Assembly: GCA_946539175.1 (NCBI GenBank)
Contig: CAMNHH010000001.1
Location: 1-51,091 of the forward strand
DNA length: 51,091 nt
From: an uncultured Clostridia bacterium
Lineage (GTDB): Bacteria > Bacillota > Clostridia > Oscillospirales > Oscillospiraceae
Direction: 5' to 3'
In this document: piece by piece, positions 8,801-17,300 of the stretch
How positions within the stretch are numbered: position 1 is the first letter of the stretch
Layout: each line of letters begins with the position of its first letter
The notes under the pieces: generated by a model
Database searches by the model: none
What the model was told of the DNA's origin: nothing
Seen by the model: only the letters and a program-made list of their open reading frames with translations
Position numbers and translations under genes: made by a program

Positions 8801-10600
8801 CGGGTCAGCCCGTTGACGACTGTCACGGTCAAGGTCTTCGTAGACCCCAGACTGGATCTGGATATCAGCGATATGCAGATCAACTGCGATTATTTTGAGC
8901 TGACCGATAAGGAATTCGACTCTGAAAGCTCTACGCTCACGCTGAAAGCCCACTGGATCAAGGTCTACGGCCCGATCCCGGCGGCCACCGCGAATCCACT
9001 GTGCATCGTTTCCGGTCTCAAGGCCCACGTAAAGCCCGGCGCCCAGTGGGATGCGAACGACCGCCTCACCATTACGAACAGCGGTGAAATCACCTATGAG
9101 GTGGGCGTCCGCAGCTCCCAGGCCTACAGTCTGGCCAGCGGCGCGCTGGGGAAGCAGTACGGTCTGTACCCCTATGATAATACCGCGAATCTGGAAGGCG
9201 ATAAGGGCGCCATGTTCGGCGGCAAGCACACTGAGTTTTCCGACAGCTTCATCCTCGACAGCACGGACTATGAGGGCTGGGTTACCACCGAAGACGGCAC
9301 GGTATTCTATTACGTCAACAATAAGAAGCTGACCGGATTGCAGAAGCTGCCCACGCCGGAAGGGGACAAGCAGCTATATTACGTCTTTGCCGAAAATGGC
9401 GTACTGCTGCGGAAATACACCGGCAAACTGGAGCTGGAGGACGGGCTGCACTACGTGGTGCTGGGCCAGGAGGTCACCCGTTGGTATGAGCTGGACGACG
9501 GGATCCACTACTTCGATCCCGCGACCGGCGTTTCCGTTACCGGTACGCAGACCATTGACGGCTTTACCTATCTCTTTGAGGATTACGTCCTTGTCCGAGG
9601 TGAGTTCCGCCAGTTGGATACCGGCGCCTGGCGTTATCGCTGGGCCGGTCAGTGGTATGCCAAGGGCTGGTTTGTTGTGGAAGGCAAGAAATACTTTGCC
9701 ATTCGCGGCGGCAATCTGCACACCGGCATCCAGAACGTGGAAAAGTTCGGTGAATCCGGCAATGAATCCGTCCGCTTCCATCTCTTTGACGATCACGGAG
9801 TCTGGCAGGAGAATGCCAACGGTCTGTATCTGAATCTTGACGGCAAGACTTACCTGGCGGAGAACGGCTTTATGGTCCAGTATCCCGGACTTGTTCAGAT
9901 CGACGGGGATTATTACTACTTCACTTCCAAGAATTACATGGTACAGGGTACGGATTACTGGGTCAGCAAGACCAACGGTCTGATGCCCTCGGCCCGATAC
10001 AGTTTCGCGGAGGACGGAAAAATGATTCTGCACACGGAGCCGGATCCCGAGCCTACCGAACCTTCTGAGCCCACGGAGCCGGATCCCACGGAACCGGATC
10101 CCACGGAGCCGGAACCTGAAGTTAAGAACGGCATCTACGCCGAGGACGGCAGCCTGTATTACTACAAGAACGGCGCCCGGTACTACGCCGGCCTGATCAT
10201 CATCGACGGAGATTATTACTACGTCCGCACCGGCGGTGAGGTAGTCCACGGCAAGCGCTACACCGCTTCCAAGACCAACGGTCTGCTGCCCATCAAGCAG
10301 TATCTTTTCGCCGACGACGGCAAGCTGATTCTGGATGAGACGCCTCCCACGCCTACGGAGCCCACGGAGCCGGATCCTGACGTAAAGAACGGCATCTACG
10401 CCGAGGACGGCAGCCTGTATTATTACAAGAACGGCGCCCGGTACTACGCGGGACTGATCATCATCGACGGAGATTATTACTACGTGCGTACCGGCGGCGA
10501 GGTGGTCCATGGCAAGCGCTACACTGTTTCCAAAAATAACGGCCTTCTGCCCATCAAGCAGTATCTCTTCGCCGACGACGGCAAGCTGATCCTGCCGTAA
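5864..10600 (+). CDS. Giant secreted protein (1578 aa) with a phosphodiester glycosidase (NAGPA-like) domain and cell-wall-binding repeats
   Basis: SPase-I signal peptide (ILAILLVLCLSLGYGSPLASA/AD). About 390 aa of unknown N-terminal domain, then a PD/PE linker. NAGPA-like block (GSNADFF, ALLVENGE, PRTCIGITADNKVVVMCIDGRQ, MNLDGGGSTTF). One Ig-like (Big_2-type) segment, about 340 aa unknown, then C-terminal YG/choline-binding-type repeats (DGSLYYYKNG, IDGDYYYV). ATG 5864 follows GGAAGGAG; ATG 5837 is an alternative start. Confidence 0.9.
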   Translation: MRNIRFRRILAILLVLCLSLGYGSPLASAADPAEENNASALEAFLEKLVSLEQYAADYAAANPDCGSDAFELVLNYCRTAKEDYTSSNWSSLAGEENEGFRDYVAQQDEENGTSVGEIKTYSATGKDFIPVANGNKIDLFHIFGTMNISYYWGSRYPELSARPYADLGGWAGDLVDLLTKCTDLSGTEDEMIREVYWNRFANDLGPGSFDIDDVYGDFDAYYFMQTAGAGQGSLSQIMREYYTPELSMKDRAVFFTEHRFSGNLSREALRDAVKSAYSGNILLAALESNEGLENVDAQREACVYAFADYLYMLVNGPAFETDEAALNAGQTLEETPVSGSAASLYGDPVEGSFSWKQPQTVVEQSGYYTAVFTPADSFHFGETELSVPVIVDGQPIDEPDPDPDPDPEPNPDPEPEPDPVPDNSYFSIFYNNTSVLAPGVQQRILHTRTRDNKQMVIYAATIDVSRQDVALQANYNENDPTTIPTLSPVSDQMKAAQAKHTDPADPEHYVENYNVVFGSNADFFTMANGKPTSAFVMEGVVYSDAATSGSGSSNYFFAILKDGTPIISRNSTWNTYRDNCQEAVGGGALLVENGETKVSSSSNYYNSRAPRTCIGITADNKVVVMCIDGRQEPWSCGASSQEMAAAMISLGCVKAMNLDGGGSTTFVSKPEGEDELRVINRPSDGYERRVSTSLMVVSTAPNSNVLDHVSLQPENEYLMPGASVSVSEIGVNAAGGSAELPADLQIVLDKPDFGSFQDGCFTAGSETGDVVLSAISGDAVLGSVTLHVVIPDALAFDTNEVSAIYGQTVELPLVGYYNGNKIAMNFASDLLIYGLMNPNAGSITAAVLTAADESCGVRSTDIGAALAADNSIYARTTLYLYHENEAVFDFNHATAGSRKLAWNRVVSNSEMTRDENGTLDVYNLVEPGVPMEISYTFALDMNDLEIPDNIAEALPVVASFLGVDASELGAWQLLLALAERVSPLTTVTVKVFVDPRLDLDISDMQINCDYFELTDKEFDSESSTLTLKAHWIKVYGPIPAATANPLCIVSGLKAHVKPGAQWDANDRLTITNSGEITYEVGVRSSQAYSLASGALGKQYGLYPYDNTANLEGDKGAMFGGKHTEFSDSFILDSTDYEGWVTTEDGTVFYYVNNKKLTGLQKLPTPEGDKQLYYVFAENGVLLRKYTGKLELEDGLHYVVLGQEVTRWYELDDGIHYFDPATGVSVTGTQTIDGFTYLFEDYVLVRGEFRQLDTGAWRYRWAGQWYAKGWFVVEGKKYFAIRGGNLHTGIQNVEKFGESGNESVRFHLFDDHGVWQENANGLYLNLDGKTYLAENGFMVQYPGLVQIDGDYYYFTSKNYMVQGTDYWVSKTNGLMPSARYSFAEDGKMILHTEPDPEPTEPSEPTEPDPTEPDPTEPEPEVKNGIYAEDGSLYYYKNGARYYAGLIIIDGDYYYVRTGGEVVHGKRYTASKTNGLLPIKQYLFADDGKLILDETPPTPTEPTEPDPDVKNGIYAEDGSLYYYKNGARYYAGLIIIDGDYYYVRTGGEVVHGKRYTVSKNNGLLPIKQYLFADDGKLILP
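7055..7129 (+). repeat. Low-complexity Pro-Asp/Pro-Glu linker coding repeat
   Basis: A run of (GAY/GAR CCN) codons encoding EPDPDPDPDPEPNPDPEPEPDPVPD. Similar PT/PE linkers occur at 10034-10120 and 10336-10381. Confidence 0.85.
10121..10597 (+). repeat. 261-bp in-frame tandem duplication (87-aa wall-binding module plus linker)
   Basis: The unit starting GTTAAGAACGGCATCTACGCCGAGGACGGCAGCCTG at 10121 recurs at 10382. About 216 nt align, with roughly 18 substitutions counted by eye. Confidence 0.9.
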
Positions 10601-10612
10601 AACCTCACGATA

Positions 10613-10638
10613 CCCGCCCGCGTTCAGACGCGGGCGGG
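10613..10638 (+). terminator. GC-rich hairpin after giant gene 1 (no U-tract)
   Basis: CCCGCCCGCG-TTCAGA-CGCGGGCGGG, a perfect 10-bp stem 13 nt after the stop. No T run follows, so it may be only a partial terminator or a stabiliser. Confidence 0.4.
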
Positions 10639-10689
10639 AGAGAACCCGGCTGCGGATACCCGTTCGGGGAAGGAGCGTGACAGCTTATC

Positions 10690-11370
10690 ATGGTATTGCA
10701 ATTTGTGAAGGAACACGTCCTTTGGTGGATCCTTTTGTTTGCGGCTGTCTTTACCTTCTATTGGCTGATGCAGTTCCGCAAACGCCTGCGGATGTCCTGG
10801 CAGGCGGCTCTGCCGCTCAGCCTCCTTCACGTCGTATTCGGCGTCGCCTGCGTTCGGGTCTTTGCCAGGCTTGAGGGAGCTGATGCGGGGGCCATGAGTA
10901 TTTTCGGCGCGGTATTCTTCATGCCGATCGGTTATTATCTTGGCGCAAAGCTCTTCAAACGGCAAACTGCGGAGATATTTGATATTTTCGCTGTACCGAT
11001 GATTTTCACACTGCTGTGTGCTCGGGTCAACTGCCTGTTTTCGGGCTGCTGTCTTGGTTTGCCAATCGGAAGCACCGGCCTGCGCTGGCCGACCCGGGAG
11101 GCGGAAATGCTGTTTTATCTGACGTTTCTGCTGGTTGAAGCGCCGAAGGTGCGAAAGGGAAAAACACGAGGCGAGGTCTATCCGCTTTATATGTTTGCAT
11201 ACGGCTTATTCCGATTTGTGGTAGAGTTCTTGCGTGTTTCCACTTCCACAAATCATCCGTTTCATCTGTCCCACGCGTGGGCAATTCTTTCCCTCGTCGT
11301 AGGACTGGCGATAGTCGTGTTCATAACAAAACAGGCCAAGCGCCTCCAACGCAAGGCCAGGAAAAACTGA
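10690..11370 (+). CDS. Prolipoprotein diacylglyceryl transferase (Lgt) family protein, short paralogue
   Basis: Polytopic membrane protein. Lgt-like blocks CARVNCLFSGCCLG, WPTREAEMLFY and YPLYMFAYGLFRFVVEFLR. At 226 aa it is shorter than canonical Lgt. Confidence 0.72.
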   Translation: MVLQFVKEHVLWWILLFAAVFTFYWLMQFRKRLRMSWQAALPLSLLHVVFGVACVRVFARLEGADAGAMSIFGAVFFMPIGYYLGAKLFKRQTAEIFDIFAVPMIFTLLCARVNCLFSGCCLGLPIGSTGLRWPTREAEMLFYLTFLLVEAPKVRKGKTRGEVYPLYMFAYGLFRFVVEFLRVSTSTNHPFHLSHAWAILSLVVGLAIVVFITKQAKRLQRKARKN

Positions 11371-11385
11371 AGAGGAGGAATCTAT

Positions 11386-14300
11386 ATGGTAAACAACCTG
11401 TCAAAGCGTTTCCTCGCGTGTCTGATGGCGATTTTGATCGTCGTCACGCTGCTACCCGGCACCGTTCTGGCTGCCAGCGTCAATACCGGCGTCTCCGGTC
11501 TGACGGCTGAAAGCAGCGGCAGCGCAAGCTGGAACAGCTCCGGCGGAACGGTCACCGGATCGGTGGAAGCAAGCAAAAGTTCTGGCTGCGCCGGAGATTC
11601 GTATACGCCCCAAACCGGCACGCTGACTTTCACCAACAGTTCGGGCGCTACCGCTCTTTTGAGCTTTGATTACGCCCTTGGCTTGAGCGGTGGCAGCGCC
11701 ACTGTAGATGGGTCTGCCGTCTCTGCTGGATCCGGTTTTGCCAAGAAGCTGGCGGCCGGGGACAATGTTGCGATTTCGATCACGTCTCCCAGTGGCGAGG
11801 GAACCACCAGCATTGTATTGAGTAATCTGGCTCTGACCCCCGAACAGAGCATTACTCTGACCTGCAAGGCTCCCAGTCACGGCAGCTACACTGTGGACGG
11901 CACGGCAATCACTGCGGATACCGCTCTCTCACGGTTGACCACCGACAGTGTTAACCTGGCTGCAACCCCTGCCAGTGGCTATAAGTTTTTGGGCTGGTAC
12001 AGTGAGACTGAGGAAATCTACTTCTCCATAACAGCTTCTCTGACCACCAGCTTCACCGGTAATAAGACAATCTACCCGGTATTTGTTTCCAGCAGCATCC
12101 CCGTGTTCCAGGTAGGCTCCAAGCTCTTTACGGATCTGAACGAGGCCATCAGCTATTCCCAGAGCAGCGGCATTGCAAAGATTGTGCTGGTTTCCAACGG
12201 CACCCTGCCTGCCGGGACCTACACCATTCCCAGCGGGAAGACGCTGTTGATTCCCTTCGACGACGCTTTTACTGTCTTTACCTCCACACCGGAGGTGGTC
12301 TACGGAGCGCACGAAAATCCCTCCGCTTTCCGGACACTGACCATGGCCAATGGCGCGAAGATTGTGGTGTCCAACGGCGCTGTACTCTCCGTGCCCTCCA
12401 AGCTCTCCGCCACAGGGACCGGCAGCGGCTCCTGGAACGGAACGCCAACCGGTAAGCACGGCAGAATCAGCATGAATGCCGGCAGCTCCATCGACGTACA
12501 GTCCGGCGGCAAGCTCTATGCCTACGGCTACATTTCCGGTTCCGGCAACGTCTACGCCCGGTCCGGCTCCGAGATCTGGGAGTGCTTCCAGATCCGCTGC
12601 TGGCGAGGCGGTACGGCCACCTCCGGCATGGCAGATAACACGCAGAAGGTTTTCCCCCTGAACCAGTATTACGTTCAGAATGTGGAAGCCCCTCTGACCT
12701 TCTATCCCGGCGCAACCGAGAAGGTATATACCGCTGTGAATATGAGCAGCAAGGCCTTTGCGGCCTCTGCTACCTTCATTGGTTCCGGAGGTATGTTCAC
12801 AATCAATGACGGCAGTGTCACCAAGCGCTTCACCGGTGCTTCTGATCGGTTGGAGCTGAACGTGGATGGCAATTTTTCTATCACACCCATGTCCTTGAAT
12901 ATTACCGGACTTCCTCTGATTGGTGACCTAAATCTGAATACTGCTGACTATGTTCTGCCCATCAACAGCAACATCACCATCAATGTGGATACCGGAAACA
13001 CTATAATCAGCCAGGATGTCGCTTTCTTCCCCGGCACAGAGATGAATATTGCCAATGGCGCCACAGTAGAGCTTACCAGTGGCCACAAGGCATATATCTA
13101 TGACCAGGATCAGTGGGGCGCATACGCAGCAGCCAGTCAACAACTGGTGCCCGTTGGGTATTCTACTGTAAACGGTACTACGGCCAAGCGGACAGTTAAT
13201 AGCCTTGTTGATGCAAAGATTGATATCAACGGAACTTTTGCTGCCTATGGTTCTGCGTATACCACCGAGAGTGGTGCTCAGATTATCAGTTCACAGGGTA
13301 CGGGTAAGTACATTTTGCAAAGCGCCCCTGGAACTGAGAGTAACACTTACCAAGCGACACAGGGTGGATCAGAAGGTAAGGAAATCACCTATGTCAGTAT
13401 CCCCATAACCGCTGCCAGGCTTCAGAACGCCGATGGGAGCTACTTTGAAACCGCGGGCAAGGCCGCCGGTACGGAAATTCCCTATTACGAGGGAGAGTGG
13501 GGCAAGGTGCCTCCCGCCGTGCAGAACGGCTATTATCTCGTGGGCAGCAGAAATGACTGGAATACCGACGCGCCGGACCAGAACCTGATGTTCCAGCTGA
13601 ATCAAGATTCCAACGAAAACGAGTACCAGCTGACCCTGGATCTGACCGAAACTGAAGAATTCAAGGTCGTAGGGTATGAGGACGGTGTTGTGACCTGGTA
13701 TCCCGGCGGCAGCAACTACGTCGTGGACGCCGCCCACGCCGGGGCAGGGAAGACCGTCTTCTTCCGGCCTGACGCCAACGGCGGCAGCGACTGGCACGAG
13801 CAGACCATCTTCGTGGCCAAAAACCGGTATACCATTACCTGGAAGAACGAGGACGGCTCCGTCATCGACACCACCACCGTAGAACACGGTGAAATCCCCA
13901 CCCATGCGGATCCTGTAAAGGAAAGCAGTGCGGAATTTCATTACAGCTTTGCCGGTTGGACGCCCGCTCCCGTGGCTGCCGTGGCCGACACGGAGTACAC
14001 CGCCACCTTTACCTCCGCCACGAGAACCTATCTGATCCGCTTCCTCAACGATGATGGAACCGTGCTGCAGAGTGACCAGGTGGCCTACGGCGTAACGCCT
14101 GCCTATACTGGCGAGACGCCTCAGAAGGCCTCCACTGCGCAGTACAGCTACGAATTCACCGGCTGGAGTCCCGAGGTTGCAGAAGTAACCGGCGATGCCG
14201 ACTACACAGCCACATATCGGGAGATTCTGAACACTTACGAAATCACCTTCAACAACTGGGACGGCACTGAGTTGTTCAGTTTCGAATTCCCCTACGACAC

Positions 14301-17300
14301 CATACCCACCTACGACGGCCCGACGCCTGAGAAGCCCGACGACGAGCGCTACAGCTACACCTTCGCCGGATGGGATCCCGAGCTCGCAGCAGTCACCGGT
14401 CCCGCAGTCTATACCGCCAAGTTCACCGCCGCCCCGCTGATCTCCGACGGTTATTATCTGGTGGGCAGCTTTAACGACTGGAAGGCGGAGAACGCCTACA
14501 AGTTCCAGCATCAGGATGGTAAGTACCTGTTGGAGAACATCGCGCTGGCAGTAAACGACGAAATGAAGGTTGTAGGGTTCCGGGATGGAGCCCCGTTCAA
14601 ATGGTTCCCCGATGGCTCCGGCAACAACTACGTGCTTCCTGAGGGCAGAGAGGGCCTGAAGACCGTCTTCTTCAGCCCTGAATATCTGGATGAGTACGCC
14701 GATTGCAACGGTTTCCTCTTTATCCCGCTGAACACCTTCACCGTCACCTGGAACGACGATCAGGGCAATGAGCTGAAGAAGGACGAGGACGTTCCCTATG
14801 GCACCATGCCCAGCTTTGGGGATCAGGATCCTGTGAAGGAGGCCACTGCCCAGTACACCTACACCTTCAGCGGCTGGTCCCCCGAGCTGGCTCCCGTCAC
14901 CAGCGACGTAACCTACACCGCCACCTTTGGGTCTCACGTCAGAAGCTATACCATTACCTTCCAGAATGAGGACGGCAGCTTCCTATGGGCAGGAGACTTT
15001 GAGTATGGGTCCATTCCTGAATACCATGGCGAGATCCCCGTCAAACAGGGCGACGCGGAGCATTCCTACACCTTCGCCGGTTGGGAGCCCAACGTCACCG
15101 AGGTTACCGGCCCTGCTACCTACAAAGCAGTCTACACCGAAGCCACCAACACCTACACCGTCACCTGGGTCAACTACAACGGCGACGTTCTGGAAAAAGA
15201 CGAGGATGTACCCTACGGCGCGACTCCCAGCTATGACGGCGATGAGCCCGAAAAGCCTGCGGACGCCGAGTTCACCTACAGCTTCATCGGCTGGACTCCG
15301 GAAGTTTCTACCGTCAAAGGCAACGTGACCTACATTGCTACTTTCGAGCCTCACACCAGAAGCTATACCATTACCTTCCAGAATGAGGACAGCAGCTTCC
15401 TATGGGCAGGAGACTTTGAGTATGGGTCCATTCCTGAATACCAGGGCGAGATCCCCGTCAAACAGGGCGACGCGGAGCATTCCTACACCTTCGCCGGCTG
15501 GACGCCTGCGATTGCTGCGGTCACCGGAGAGGCCACCTACACCGCCGTCTTTGCGGAGCACACCAACAGCTATCTCATCATCTTCAACAACTGGGATGGC
15601 ACCGAGCTGTACCGCACCACGGTAGAATACGGTCAGATTCCTGTGTACGCGGGTGACACTCCCGTGAAGCAGGGCAGCGCCCAGTACAGCTACACCTTCA
15701 AGGATTGGGATCCCACGCTGAATCCCGTCACCGGCGAAGCTGTCTATACCGCCACCTTCACCGAATCCGTGAACAGCTACCCCATCACCTGGGTCGTGGG
15801 CGAGGAAAGGGAAACTGTGGAGCTTGAGTATGGCACCATGCCCACCCATGCGGATCCCGACAAGGAGTCTGACGCCCAGTACAGCTACTCCTTCGTGGGT
15901 TGGGAGCCCGAGATTGTCCCGGTCACTGGCCCCGCCACCTACACCGCCGTTTTCAACAAAACTGTGAACAAGTACACCGTTACCTGGAGCATCAACGGCA
16001 ACGAGACCACCGAGGAATACGAGTACGGCGACACTCCGTCCTATAAGGGAGAGACCCCTGTCAAGGAAGGCAATGCCCAGTATTCCTACGAGTTCACCGG
16101 CTGGGATCCGGACATCCAGGAGGTAACCGGCAATATTACCTATACCGCTCAGTTCCGGGAATCCGTGAACAAGTACACCGTCACCTGGAGCATCAACGGC
16201 GAAGAGACCACAGAGGAATACGAGTTCGGCGCTGTGCCTAGCCATGAAAACCCGGCGAACTACGAGGACGAGAACGGCAGTTACAAATTCATCGGTTGGG
16301 ATCCTGAAATTGAGAGTGTCACCGGCGATGTCACTTACACCGCAAAGTTCCAGGCTTTCCTCCGCAACGGTTTCTACCTGATTGGTCTGCGCGGCTGGAA
16401 TTACGAGTCTTTGTCCGCAGATGACCGATTCGTCGTGAACCCCAATGCGGAGAACGAGTACATGATCAATGAGGTTCTGCTCAGCGAGGGGGATACCCTA
16501 AAAGTCGCCCGGGTGGAGTATGGCGAGATTACAGGCTGGTTCCCCGATGGAATGGACAATCATTACGTCGTTGACGCTGCTCACGCCGGATCGCATACCG
16601 TATTCTTCAATCCCGACGGTAAGAATGAATGGCAAGATTTTGGCGGTTACATCTTTATCGATACGTCTTTCTTCGTGGTGACCTGGAGCGTGGATGGCGT
16701 CGAAACTTACGAGACCTACGTCTACGGTCAGATGCCTGCGCATGATGTCCCCGTCAAGGCGGAAACGATGCTGGAAAGCTACGAATTTGCAGGCTGGGAG
16801 CCCGAGCTGACTGTCGTGACCGGCCCGGCGACCTATACCGCTCAATTCACTGCCGTTCCCAAGGCCGGCTGGATCGCCTGGGAAGGCCAGCGGTACTATA
16901 TCGCGGATGGTGCGCCTGTCAGGGGCGTGTATGAGATCGAGGACGAGTTCTACATCTTTGATCTGGAAACCGGCGCTTTCCGCAGCGACGCCAACGGCGT
17001 CACCGACGTCGGGGAGGACACTTATCTGGCTGAAAATGGCAAGGTCGTCAAGAATCCCGGCCTGGTCCGGATTCCCGAGACAGAAGAGTATTTCTACTTT
17101 GGCGAGGACAACAAGGCTCTGAAGAACCAGCGTACCTGGATTGATCGGACCAACGACCTGCTGCCTGTGTGGGCCTACACCTTTACCGAGACCGGAGCCA
17201 TCGAGCACGTGGACGTCACTTGGGAGGGGCTGCAGGAAGACGGCTATACCTACATCGACGGTATTCGCGTTTACCTGGGTCTGGTACAGGAAGCCGACGG

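Noticed and set aside
5840-9229. 1129-aa ORF antisense to giant gene 1. Similar long antisense ORFs occur at 9374-10510, 13369-14937 and 15400-16245.
   Set aside because: These are mirror-frame ORFs, typical of GC-rich coding DNA. Their products are low-complexity and Arg/Gly/Val-rich, with no RBS and no recognisable domains. The sense strand has signal peptides, domains and coherent repeats.
13828-16860. Regularly spaced ~200-bp repeats that might be mistaken for a CRISPR-like or satellite array.
   Set aside because: The repeats are in frame within one long ORF, encode a conserved protein repeat and have no short identical direct repeats with unique spacers. No cas genes are present.
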